Of a DNA stretch of 64,000 nt, positions 39,301 through 52,525 are shown piece after piece. This DNA is from Chrysomallon squamiferum (taxonomy: Eukaryota > Animalia > Mollusca), in the NCBI GenBank assembly GCA_012295275.1, contig CM022671.1:28458001-28522000 (forward strand), given 5' to 3'. The notes under the pieces are model-generated. The model was not told the origin of the DNA. It did not search any database and worked only from the letters and a program-made list of their open reading frames with translations. The position numbers and the translations under genes were made by a program. Every line of letters begins with the position of its first letter. The stretch's first letter is position 1.

Positions 39301-41964
39301 AAAATATTATCAACATTTTTATTAATTTTTAAATTTGATTTTTCTTTTTGAATTTTTCATTTATTTTATTTTATTTTATTATTTTTTTTAAAATTTAGTT
39401 CATTGAAACAGACATGTATGTTCAAAGTTAGTTCGACATTTTTTATTTTTATTTTTTTAAATCGTTCGCTGTGCACTTTTCCGTTAACTTTAAGACGGAA
39501 ATATTTTTTGTTACGACTCCACGTTGTTATAAATCGTTTTTAACTGTTGCAGACGTCAGTAATGATTTTCTATTTCAGCTGGACATTTACAGCGCGAGCT
39601 AAATAAAAATATAAATAAATTTACTCATTTCTGAAAACTTCACTTAACGTCAGTTAAACTTCAGTCTTATTTGTTTATAAAGGTTTGCAGATCAATCAAT
39701 TAGTGTCCAGTACACCAGAATGAAATATTTCCTCTTCTTCATCTTCTTTTTTTTTTTTAAATTCTTCTTCTCTCTCTTTTCTTTCAGTCTTTTTAAGTAC
39801 TGTTGAAAACAGGAAAATATTTAGAAGAGTCAGGTTATTTCAAGTCGTGACCAGAAAAAATGTTTCCTCTTTCAAAGCGGGCAGATACATGCTTATTGGA
39901 AGATGCATTAAATAAATAAATAAGTAAATAAAAAATAAAAAATATAAAAAAATAAAAATAAATAAACATACAAATAAATAAATAAAAAAAAACAAAATAA
40001 AATAATTAAAAGTCTGAACATATTAAAAAGCTAAATGACTCAGATTCCCTTCATCTCCCAAGTACTTTATTATAAGCGTTTACCACGACAGAACTATTCA
40101 ACGTTCAACTGGAAGATGAGCGTCTTGACAAGTAACAAACATTCAAACTTTTCAGACACACTTTGTAATACTCTGTTACTTCAGTTTTAAAAAATAAAGA
40201 GAATAAAAACCTCTCTCAGTAATTTCTGAGAAATGTTTTTTTCTTTTTTCTTTTCTTTTCAATCTTTTTTTTTTTTTTTTTTTTCCAAAGACGGATTTAG
40301 ATGACAGAATTAAATCAAACGTTTTAAATTGAACGCCGAGACTCAATGTTCAAAGGAAGATCTTGAGATTTTACTTTGAAATAAAGGAACTCAGAAACAA
40401 TCTGAGCAATTCCCAAAGCTCATATTTTCAATTTAAAGAGGTCTTTTTTTTAAAATGTTATCTTCAAAATTAAAAGGGAAAAAAAGAAAGAAAAGAAAAA
40501 GATAAATCCGGTGGGAAATGTGCGTTATTTTGTTCCTGCTCCTGAAATGATGAGCATCTTGACACAAAGCAACTGTCAGACGTTGGTTATAAGTTTTACA
40601 GTTTTCCAAAAAAAAAAAGTTTTTTCAAAAGAATATAACTGTACGAATAATGGTGCTTAAAATGGTGAATAATTTTGCAGACGTTATACATACAAACACG
40701 CATATTTAAAGTATTTTATAATTATAATCAATTTAAGTAATCGTGCATACATTGTGTGTTGTGTGTGTGATTATATATTATTTTGAAATGATTAATCCTG
40801 TACTAGAGCAATAATTATCTCAGTGAAAACAAAAGCTCTATGGCAATTGAATCTCAGACAATAAGAAAGAAAAAAAAACGAGAACAGACATTGTTCAAAA
40901 ATACGATGACCTGTTTTACTATCTGTGTCTTTGTCTTGTCCAAGGTTCTAAGTCATCTTCGGGCCAATCTGAAAAAGGTCACAGAGTCACCAAGCTGCTG
41001 AAAAGGATAAAATCGCCAAAGGCTTGATACCTTCAGTTGTAACTGCCTTTAGAAAAAACATGTTCAACGGAAATAAATATCTAGAAGTTAGTTATGTATC
41101 TGCCATTACTGGGTAATAGTTAAAATAATAATGATGATGATGATGATGATGATAATGGTGATGGTGATGATATAATATTAATTTAAAAAAATTAAGATGA
41201 TGATAGTCATGGTAATATTAGTAATAATCATTGCAGTAATAAACATTACAATGTTCATGTCACAATAATAATAACAACATCAACAACAACACCAATAATA
41301 ACAATAATAATAATAATAACAACAATAATAAATTTGATAATAACAATAATAATAAATTTAATAATAATAATACCATGAATAAAAATAACCAAATAAATAC
41401 ATTAATCTAATAACATAAATTACAAACTATAAAAAAGAACAAACAATAAAACTATAATATTTTATTTTAAATTTTATTTTCAAAAATTTCTTTTCTTTCA
41501 CAACAACAACCACAAGAGATAAATTTGTCAATCATACAACAGAAATAATCTATATATATATTTTTTTTTTTGAGATCTAGACAATTAAACATTAACAAAA
41601 TAAAAATTATAAATATCTAATTCATTCATTTATTTATTTATTTTTGTTTATTACAATTTCAGCAATAAGGCAATGGAATTGCAGTTTTGTGTGACTATTA
41701 AAAAACACACAGTGAATGAAGATGTAGCATGGTTTGAAATACTGATAATGTAATAAAGAATACTGATGAATATAAATATTATTATGCATAAAGTCAAATT
41801 AAAAACAATTAAATGATGCTAGCACATAGTAATTATAGTGAAAGGATGGATAAAGATATTTGTTAAAATTGTTTTACTGGGTATAATAAAATATAATAAT
41901 AATAATCCAAGTTAAATGAGTTTTAAAAAAAATAGATTGTTGCTTGAAAGGGATCATAATTATT

Positions 41965-42004
<40 letters not shown>

Positions 42005-45000
42005 GTTAAGAAGTAGTAATAATACTAGGAGTAGCAGTAATACTGATACTAATAATAGTATTAATAATAACAATAATAATAGTAGTAAAATAATAATAAA
42101 ATATAAAACATTTAAAAAATTAAAAATTCAAAAGATAAATCTGTGAAAAATAAAAATATTAAACATAAATTGCTTTGGTTATAATACTTAAAATAACAGT
42201 TAATTTAATGGAACAATAAATAGCTGCACAGAACTATATAACAACTGTTATAATTAAATAACAATTTCATGAACACTTATAAGTAGACAGTAAATATAAT
42301 CAACAGAACAACAATTGCCGTAAACCTAATTACGTATCATGAACTAACAACTGGAAACTAAATAACTGACGTAATTAAATAACAAATGACAAAATTAACT
42401 AACATTTGCTATGAACTGAATAACAGTTTTATAAAATCAATAACAATTATAATAACAAAATAATGCCACAAAGAAAATAACAAAATAACAGTTGTAATAT
42501 AGTAATAGTTACAACAAACTAAATAACAATCATCAAAATAAATAACAGTTATTATAATAAATAACAGTTATGATTCTACACTGTACTTTGTGAGATCTAT
42601 ATTAATAAACTATTTTTCTTCTTAAAATACGATTTCAACAGTGAACATCAAAAAACAAAAATTAAGTAAATAAATACAACTAAACAACTTTTGAAATCCC
42701 TAGTTCCTAACACAAATATTTTGCTCTTGTGATAGCTTAACTGAAAATATTTTTTTAAAGATTTAATTGGAGATTTGAAATAAAAAACATTTTGAATACT
42801 GTTTTAATCATTGCAGTGCTTGTTTTCATTAAGATTTGACAGATACAAAATTCATGATCAAACTGACATGTAGTTTTATTATTTAAAAAAAAGATTTTTT
42901 TAATCAGTTTTGAAAGTCATAAAGATGGCACCATTTTTTATGTCATTTTAGACATGTTCTTGAATTTATAATGCAGATAAAAAAACCCAAAAAAACCCAG
43001 AAAAAAACAACAAATAACAAACAAACCAAAAAAACAACTTTAAAATAGATTTTATAGTAATAAAACAAAACAACTATAATAATAATAATGATGATGATGA
43101 TGATGATAATGATGAGAATTATTATTTAATCAAAATACTAGCTTTTCAAAATTATGTGATAATATTTAATTACTATTTTTTTATTTTTAAGGAAATCAAT
43201 TGAATTATTTTGAACATTAAAATAAATTTAATAAAATAGAAAATAAAGAAATTAAACATATAAAATTAGATATATTTAATTTAAAAGATGCTTAGACAAT
43301 AAAATAAAAATAATTTAATTTTAAAAATATTAATTTTTTTTACAACTAACGAAATCATTTAAAAAATTTTTAAACTTTTTTATGAGAGTAAATATATTTA
43401 ATTAACACGGACAAGTAATAACATTATTTGTAAACTTATTTTGACAAACAAAGTTAATTTAAGTTTTAAAACCTTCTGCTAAATAAACAAAGACAAATGT
43501 TTTATAAAATAAATTTAATTTATAACTAATTTATACTAACAGTTGTATTAATAAAGTTAATTAAACATTTTATATTATAAGTACAATAAATAAAATTATA
43601 AACTTTTAATTTTTTTATTTTCTGATATAAATAAATAAATAATAATAAAATACTAAATTAATAATAATAATATTATTTTAAATTCTGAATAACTTCTGCC
43701 AAGTAAAACAGATTACCATTTAATTTGTAAAAATGTTTAAGAATGAATGAAGTGTAATTTTGATATATTTTCTGTCAAACTGGATTTTAATTTAAAATAA
43801 CAAATTCTAAATTGGCATCATAACATAACTCATTTTAGATAAAGCCATCAAGATAAATATGTTTTAAGACAAGCTGTCATTAGCTATTTAGATCACTAAC
43901 AGAGATGATTATTGGCTGTAGTTAGGTCAGACTGACCAATCAGTGATGCCAATACAACTATTACTTTTCTTAATTTTGTTAAATGAGAAAATATTAAACT
44001 AATTTCTTTGACTTCAGCCATTTTTATTTGGTATTAGATTTATCTATGAAAGAGGACAAATCAATATATATTTTTTTTCTAGTGTTAATATAAAGATGAT
44101 ATTTTATTTATTTACATTTTTCAAGGATGCCAATAATTAATGTTTGATCAAGAAGAAAAAGAACACTTTTTCAATAAAATGAAAGGATTATATATTTTGA
44201 ATGAAATAGACTGAAATGATGAGAGAAAGAGAAAAAATATTTGGACAGAGTAAAAAGTAGAATAATAGTTTCTGAGAAAAGTACAGTTTCAAAGAGAGAG
44301 AGAGAGAGAGAGGGGAAGAGTGAATGATAGAGAAACAGATTGATATACCATAAGAGAAAAAGAGACTGAGAGAGACTGAAAAAGATACAAAAAGAGAGAC
44401 AAGAAAATGGAAGAGTGAATGGTAAAGAGAAAGAGACTGATATACCATAAGAGAAAAAGAGACTATGAGAGAGAGAGTGTCACAAATAAAGAGAGAGAGA
44501 GAGAGTGTGACACTCGTAAATACATGCAGACTGAAAACCGTGAATGAACTGGCATAATAAAGCTCTGTGATATAAAATGTTTATCACTTTCTCTCAGAGA
44601 TTTGTTGTTTTACTTGTTGAAGTAACCTGCTGGGCTCCAGGGAGTCTGAGTGAGATTGCTGAGTTTGACTTGATTATCAGAGGTCCTAGAAGTGATAACT
44701 CATAACACAGAACCAGAGAGCATTACATCACATAACTCATTTACATCACACTAGCATGAGTCATTCACTTAAATACCAGGAAATAATAATACTTTTTTTT
44801 GTTTTTAATTATTATTTTTTTTATATAAAAATATTAATGTTGAGAGAATTAAATGATTTTGGGTAATTATAAGCTGCATAAATTTAAATATGTATATTTA
44901 TGTTATAATAAATAAATTATTATAGATAATGATGATGATGATGATGATGAGAATCATTATATTAATTATGAAAATGATGATGATGATGTAAAAAGTTAAT

Positions 45001-45239
45001 AAATTAATTAATTTAGATAATGATGAAAATGATGATTCATAATTATAAACAATGATATTAATGATACTGATAATGTTGTAGTTACAAAGATATAATAAAA
45101 ATAGTTGTAACTGTTGAAGTAATTGCTATTAAAACTATTGCTAATAACTGTAATTTTAATAGTAAAAACAAAATAGTAATAAAAGTGATAATACTTGAAG
45201 TAGTTGACGTTATCACAGTCTTAATATTACTATTAATAG

Positions 45240-45500
45240 TGCTAGTAGACATATATTGATTATAGTGGTAATAGTAGTAGTAGTAATAATACTAACAGTT
45301 GTAGTAGCTGCAGAATCAGTAGTGGTTGTAGTAGTAGTAATAATAATAACAGTATTAATAGTAGTAACAGGAGCAGTAGTTGTAACACTAATAGTAGTCG
45401 TGACATTAATAGTAGAAGTAACAATAGTAATAGTAGTGGTAGTAGTAATGGTATTAGTAGTAGTAATAACAATAGTGGTAGTAGTACTAGAAGTTATAAC
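45240..45500. repeat. Degenerate (AGT/AAT)n trinucleotide tract
   Basis: Direct inspection; it is the source of the poly-Thr, poly-Val and poly-Leu pseudo-ORFs. Confidence 0.85.
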
Positions 45501-46534
45501 AGTACACGTAAGACTACACTGATGATAGTGATTTGTTGTTTTAAATAAGATATTGAAATAAATGGTTTCTGAATAATGCACCTAATAGTCGCGTTTGTGT
45601 GTATTAAAAACACATAAACATCGAGTTTCAGCTATTTTAGTTTACAAATCAATATGGTACAGAGCTGATATATTTGACAGGTTTGTTTTGAGGAGCAAGA
45701 CAAAAACAAGTACATCGCTGAAAATGATCAATACAGTGCACAGTGAAATAGAAGATATTGATTGGAGGCGAGGAATTAACACGTTACAGATTTTATTTTT
45801 CTTTATATATTTAAAAAAAAAAATTTTTTTTTTTTTTTTAAATGGAATATTAGACTGTTGGAAGATAACAGCTGTTTCTGATTATAAAGATTTCCCAAGA
45901 ATCTGTTACGTTTAATTAACGTTTTAGCTCATTTCTGTGTTAATGCTTGGTAGGTGTCAGTCATCTGTTTGTGTGAATTATTATGATACGAGAGGAAATC
46001 GGCTGTAATCATTACACAGATTACTCTTAGCAGAAACAGGTTTTTGTTATACGCCTTCCCATAAACAGTTCTTTGATAAACAAGTAAAACAGAAAATAAA
46101 GTCATCTAGGGAAAGATTGGTATCAAATTTAACAATAATAATAATATTAATAAAATAATAATAATATTAACAACAACAATAACAATAATAATAATATATT
46201 ATTATTGTTGTTGTTGTTGTTGCTGTTGTTATTAGTTTTGTCATTTTTCTTTTTGGTGTAGATATTATTATAAGCTGTTGTTATAATGATTACTGTTGTT
46301 ATTATTATTGTTGTTCATCTTCTTCTTCTTTGCAAAAAAGAATAACTAATGATGGCTAAACATGCATAGTTATATCCTACATTTTTCCTTTGTACGATAC
46401 TAATTTGCTTTGAAATGAAATTCTCAATGTTACCTATCTACCTCAACCACTGGAATCTCTCAACTCTGATACAGTTTGCACTGTATTCGAGGTTTTTAAT
46501 CTAACACTGAAAAAACAAAACCAGTGAATAAAAT

Positions 46535-46790
46535 TACAAATATAATCTTGATGGTTCTGCTGTAGATGAAAATGATAAAAAAATCTTGATAATCTACTGC
46601 ATATAAAAACCATAACAAAGATAATCTTTATCATACTGTTGTAGATGATAATGATAATAAAGATAATCTTGATGGTTCTGCTGTAGATTATGATGCTAAT
46701 AATGATAATCTTTTTCATACAGATGTAGATGATAATGATAATAAAGATAATCTTTAACATGCAGATGATAATAATAATAACAGAGATGCA
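46535..46790. repeat. ~42 bp degenerate tandem repeat (ctgtagatgataatgataataaagataatctt)
   Basis: About 5-6 visible units. Confidence 0.7.
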
Positions 46791-47085
46791 GTTGTTGCAT
46801 ATATAATAAAGATGATGATATTATTAAAACTGCTTCCGATATCATTAATCATTTAAAACAGTGCAAACTGACAGTAAATTCAGCATAATCATTATATCAG
46901 TAACAAACTTGAATGGAAGCATTTTTGTTTTTTATCATATTGCACTTGTTCTAGAAGCTTCAGCTAAGGACAGTTTGCTTCAGCCATTTTAGAAAAACAA
47001 GTTTAATTATTAAAACTTCTTTGTTGAGATCCCAGGAAGCTGCCTTGAATGTTTTCTGTTTTAAACAGCAATGACAAGAGCACCA

Positions 47086-47089
47086 TCAT
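47086..47089 (-). CDS. FRMD4: Terminal exon of the FRMD4-like gene: last base of the Val codon plus TGA, followed by 3' UTR
   Basis: Strong acceptor tttttttctttttgatttcag (AG at 47091-47090). Splicing gives GT|A TGA, Val-stop, in frame. Confidence 0.6.
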
Positions 47090-47309
47090 CTGAAATCAAA
47101 AAGAAAAAAAATGTTCACAATAACAAATGCTCAGAATAGAATACTAATGTTTTAATATTCTCTAATCAGAAGAAGCTGATTTAGAACACAATTTTTTAGG
47201 CTTTACACTGATAGAAGGGTGTTTTAGTGTGTTATGTACAGGAAGGTGATGTTAATAACCATATTTCTCTAAAAATTTGGTTTATCCCTGTGTCTATGAA
47301 ATATTTCTA

Positions 47310-47555
47310 GACAATGATTATCAAAAAAGGCAGTGTTAATGTGCTTTTCCATGGGAAGGTTTACACAAAGGATCCATTTTTGCTGAAATATTATACATCA
47401 AAAAAAATAAAAATAAAACAAAAAATAGCGATTATTTGCTGGCCAAATTTTTATGTTTCTCATTATCTGAGTGGTAAGCAACCATATTTAATACATCATA
47501 TAACTGTGGATTTAAAAATATATTAAATATATTTTTATAATAAACACTTTATTTT
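47310..47555 (+). mobile_element. Decayed SINE inside the last intron of the FRMD4-like gene
   Basis: Core gggaaggtttacacaaaggatccatttttgctg, plus a 3' part aaccatat...catataactg...taataaacacttt. Confidence 0.5.
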
Positions 47556-48134
47556 CAAATAATTGTATTAAACATTTTTTTCTAATAATAATTACACTAA
47601 ATATGTTATTAAACAAAATACTTCTAATACATTAAATATATCATTTAATGAAACATTTCTTCATTCCCTCATCTGGCTAATTAACATACATTTGTTAAAC
47701 ATCTAATTTCGGCTGTAAGTCATGTTTAATCAGTCTCTGAGTGCCAAGATTAGGAATGAATTACGCCCACAGAGACACCTTCCAACTGGTCAACTTTGTT
47801 TTTATGAAGAAAAACAGTTACCCAGATACGGTGTTAAGTTTAATAAGCTAACAGGTGGGCAGAATGACAGACATAGGCTGCAAAGCAGGTTTGATGATAA
47901 TAATAGAGAAAGAAGCAATGAGACGTTTGGAGTTAGAAAGATAGATTTAGGAAAACAGGCAAGCAGATAATAGAATAGACATACAGACAGATAGAAAACC
48001 AACATACCAACAGAGAAATTATAATTTGTCTAAATTTACAGTGTAAAGGAGTTTGGTAGACAGATGACATAAACACCGGTATATTTTCTTTACTTTTTTC
48101 TTCTTTTTTTTCTGAAATATTTTTACTTACGTAC

Positions 48135-48280
48135 AGATATATAAGACACAGAAACACAAGGTGTAAACTAATGTATGTTTAAAGTATATAAGACAGAAAC
48201 ACAAGCTGTAAACTGCTGTGTATTTAAAGTATATAACAGAGAAACAAATGAAGTAAACTGTTATGTATGTTTAAAGTGGT
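48135..48280. repeat. Three ~45 bp tandem units (agaaacacaag.tgtaaact...tgtatgtttaaagt) just inside the last FRMD4-like intron
   Basis: Direct inspection. Confidence 0.7.
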
Positions 48281-48289
48281 GACACTTAC

Positions 48290-48418
48290 ACGAGTGTTGG
48301 GGGTTTGGTTTCATGGCCGTCGTACCAAGCCAGCATTTCGTCAGTGAACGCCTTGGCGAGAGATTCTCCGTTCTCATCTAGCGTAAAACTGTCTCTCGAA
48401 GCCTGGTCTTCAGAGGCG
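48290..48418 (-). CDS. FRMD4: C-terminal coding exon of a probable FRMD4A/B-like protein (ASEDQASRDSFTLDENGESLAKAFTDEMLAWYDGHETKPPTL-V)
   Basis: GC-rich island with acceptor tttctgcag (48419) and donor GTAAGT (48289). The open frame ends in a class I PDZ ligand, T-L-V. The tail resembles the vertebrate FRMD4B C-terminus as I recall it (W-H-E-D-S-K-P-G-T-L-V). The exon is well supported; the family name is less certain. Too short for the ORF track. Confidence 0.65.
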
Positions 48419-48603
48419 CTGCAGAAATACACAGTACAAAGTTAATTTAATGGATATTTAATGGGATTTAAAATACACAAAGTATAAAATAACTAACTAA
48501 TTAACTATATAAATAATAAATAAAGAATGGAAGAATATATAACAAGAAAAAAAAAGAAAAAAAGAAACTAACAAAACCTCCCCCAAAAATAATAATAATT
48601 AAA

Positions 48604-48635
<32 letters not shown>

Positions 48636-49644
48636 AAAATAAATAAAAATATACAAACAACTACTAAATAACAAAAAATAATACATTTAAAAACAAAACA
48701 AATAAATAAATAAGTAATTTAAAAATTAACAAAGGACATAAATTGATTTATTAAAAAAACTACTGTAACAACAATGAATATTCAAACAAGCAATACAACA
48801 TCACACACTGACACTGTTTCCACCCCCACAAAAATAAAATAATTAAATTTAAAAATAAATAAATAAATAAATAAAATAAAATAAAATAAAATAAAATAAA
48901 ATAAAATAAATTGAAATAACCCCCTTTTCCATATTTCAGCATAGTAACAAGACAAATTTATTTTCCCCATTTAACTGAAACGCCTAATTATTTTTACATT
49001 CATCTCATGATTAAATTGTGTGATAAATAAACATTACTATCACCATTACTTCTTCTCACAAGCCATAACTAACTTAGGTCAGAGTCATCACTGGCACGAT
49101 TCACGAGATGACTCCATTGTCCTGATTAAATCAGGTCCATCATCTAATGTATCTTTTTGTTTTATTTCAGCAATACCATTACATTAACACTTGTCAGTCT
49201 CAGTGAATCAAGTTTTTAATTTAATGATACCATTACATTAACTTTCTTGTCCATCTTGGTTATATCAGTCAGTATTAATGTTGATTTTTTTAAAGATACT
49301 ATTTTTTTTCCTGTTTTTTTTCCTTTTTTTGTTTGAATAATACCATTATGTTAAGTTTTGTCCATTTCAATAATAATTTTTATTTATATATTATTATTTT
49401 TAATAAGAGTATTACATTAAGATTTCTGTATCTCAATATATCTTATTGGCTGTTTTTTGTTTTGTTTTTGTTGACACCATTAAGTTTTATGTTGAAGATC
49501 TGAATATTCATGTGTATTACTGTTTTTGAAGATACCATTACATTGTCTGGTTTATCTCAATAAATGTTTTTGCTTTAGTGGAATGATACCATCTCATATT
49601 ATTAAGTATTGTCCACATATTTGTGTATGTGTATATGCAACATC

Positions 49645-50385
49645 ATTGTATGAGAGAGCTGTCTACATCACTGTATGAGAGAGCTGTATACAACATCACT
49701 GTATGAGACAGTTATATACAATGAGTGTAGGAGACAGTTGTATACAATGTCACTATATGAGACAGTTGTATACAATGACACTGTATGAGACAGTTGTATA
49801 CAATGACTCTGTATGAGACAGTTGTATACAATGACACTGTATGAGACAGTTGTATACAATTCCACTGTATGAGAGTTGTATACAATGACTGTATGATACA
49901 GCTGTATACAATGTCACTGTATGAGACAGTTGTATACAATAACACTGTATGAGACAGTTGTATACAATTCCACTGTATGAGACAGTTGTATACAATGACT
50001 GTATGATACAGCTGTATACAATGTCACTGTATGAGACAGTTGTATACAATGACACTGTATGAGACAGTTGTATACAATGACTGTATGATAAAGCTGTATA
50101 CAATGACTGTATGATACAGCTGTATACAATGACTCTGTATGAGACAGTTGTATACAATGACACTGTATGAGACAGTTGCATACAATGACACTGTATGATA
50201 CAGCTGTATACAATGTCACTGTATAATACAGCTGTATTCAATGTCACTGTACTATACAGCTGTATATGTCACTGTATGAGACAGCTGTATACAACATCAG
50301 TGTATGAGATAGCTGTATAAAACATTGTATGAGACAGCTGTAGACAATGTCACTGTATCAGACAGCTTTATCAGAGGGCAATGAC
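49645..50385. repeat. 28-bp minisatellite (cactgtatgagacagttgtatacaatga), ~26 copies with 26-bp variants
   Basis: Homogeneous centre and diverged edges. Contains the palindromes ttgtatacaa and acagctgt. Confidence 0.97.
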
Positions 50386-50796
50386 ACTGTCTCGGATATC
50401 TTTGTACAACATCATTGTATCTGACATCTTGATAAGGACATTATCACATTAGTTATATAGAGTGTGTATATCTGTAAATGTGTGTGCGTGGGTGTGTGTG
50501 TTTTAGTGAGACTATTACAGTAAGTAACGTCCATCTCAATAAATTTAATTGTTTCTTTTAAAGACTCCATCCATTATATAAAGCTTTGACCATCTCAGCC
50601 TATCTTACTATTTTATTTCCAGACTCCATTAAGTCTTGTCTATCTAAGTAAATGTTATTGTTTTTTTTTTCTCTGTATGTTAACTGTGATGACTCTGAGA
50701 TTTATTTCTGTGCGAGTGCAATGATACTTGACAGCAGTTAATCAACTGGAGAAATCTTCTCATTCTGCTAATGAAGATTTCTTATAATGGAATCCG

Positions 50797-50975
50797 ATCT
50801 GACAGAAGTAGATTGTTAAAGGGAGTCGCTCATTCAAAAAAAGTTATGGTCATTGTTATGGTTTCATAGTTAAAAAGAAAATCTGTTTTTTACTCACAGA
50901 GAAATATAGATATTAAATCAATAAAAAAAAAATTCTGACAGAAGTAGATTGTTAAAGAGAGTCACTCATTCAGAC
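50797..50975. repeat. Short direct duplication (tctgacagaagtagattgttaaagRgagtcRctcattca), two copies
   Basis: Copies at ~50798 and ~50934. Confidence 0.85.
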
Positions 50976-51669
50976 AAACTTACGGTAATTGTTATAATTT
51001 CAGTTTTAAATGTAATATATGAATCTTCATATTTGTTTTTTTTACTGAACATGTAGTTTGTTTAAATGAATCATTCATTCAAAGTTCAAGTTTCATAGTT
51101 AAAATTATGTGTTTACTTACTGATAAGTATAATACAGGAATCACACAATATTTCTTATTAAATTTATAATCAAAGTAGAAAAAAGAAAGAATAAGAATAT
51201 TAAATAAAAATCAGTCTATATGTTTATGAAATATAATTAAAAAAAAAAAAAAAGAATAAAAAAAAAAAAAAAAAGAATAAATACATGTATATATAACAAA
51301 CAGAAAACAAAATAATTGAAAAGAAACTGAATTAAAAAAAAGACCCTTAACAAATAGAGTGAAGCACAAAAAAACAAAAAACTGTTTTATTATTTTCAAG
51401 ACAAACTCAAACAAAACAATTAAAAAATAAAAAATAAAAAAGTAAAATAAATAAATAATATAATATAAAAAGTAGAAAGTAGAAATTGTCACACTATTAA
51501 CGCAAATTCTCATTTTCTGGCTGATTAACACAAATATTACACTGATCTGACATACTAAGAAGAAGACTTAGCAGACATGATTGGGAAGATGAATCTGTCA
51601 GAACTTCATTAGGGACAGTCGAGAGAATATGACACTGAATACAAATGTAATGATCTGTTTTTATGCAAC

Positions 51670-52525
51670 ATTAGACAGCTATGATCAGCTGTATACAGCT
51701 GTCTGATAAAACAAACTCAGTAACTGTTACACTGATGCTGTACACAGTGATGTATGTATATGAATGTTACAATAGTCTGTATAATAGCTGTCTGATACTG
51801 TGATGTTGTATGTAGGTGTCTGATGCAATGATGTATGTATATGAATGTTACAATAGTCTGTATAATAGCTGTCTGATACTGTGATGTTGAATGTAGGTGT
51901 CTGATACAATAGTTTGTATAATAGCTGTCTGATACTGTGATGTTGTATGTAGGTGTCTGATGCAATGATGTGTATAGATGTCTGATACAAAGATGTTGTG
52001 TGTAGTGGTTTGAGACAATATGTTATATACATGTCTGATAAAATGATGTTGTGTTCAGCCAATACAATATTTTTAAATACAATATATATATATATATAGC
52101 AGTCTTATGATATTGTATGTAGCTGTCATATGAAGTTATACAATGGTGATATGTTGCTGTTTGATATAACAGTATTGTATGTCGATAAAACAATATCATA
52201 TATAACTAATATAAAAATACTGTATGTTGTGGATTGTGTAATACTGTATGATGAATATCTATTATGTTATTTGTAGGTGATTGATTATAACAGTATTGTA
52301 TATATATAAAACAATATTATAGATAACTGATATAAAAAAATATATAGTTGAATGTGTCTGTAATACTGTATGTAACTATGTAATATGTAGCTGTTTGATA
52401 TAACACTATTGTATATAGATAAAACAATGTTATAAGATTACTAATACAAAAATGCTGTGTAGTGGTTAATTTTAGTGACATTGTATCTGATATGTTATTT
52501 ATCTGATACAACAGTATTGTATACA
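51670..52525. repeat. Diverged array related to the 28-bp minisatellite in inverted orientation, with an ~81 bp higher-order duplication
   Basis: The unit gctgtctgatactgtgatgttgtatgta aligns with the reverse complement of the edge units of the 49.6 kb array. Confidence 0.8.

Noticed and set aside
46938-46960. miR-92 gene itself on the plus strand
   Set aside because: The match stops after 12 nt and no precursor hairpin is evident; it is better read as a target site on the other strand.
49645-50385. CRISPR-like array or repetitive protein (164-aa ORF)
   Set aside because: Units are contiguous with no unique spacers, the context is a eukaryotic intron, and the 28/26-bp units do not preserve a frame.
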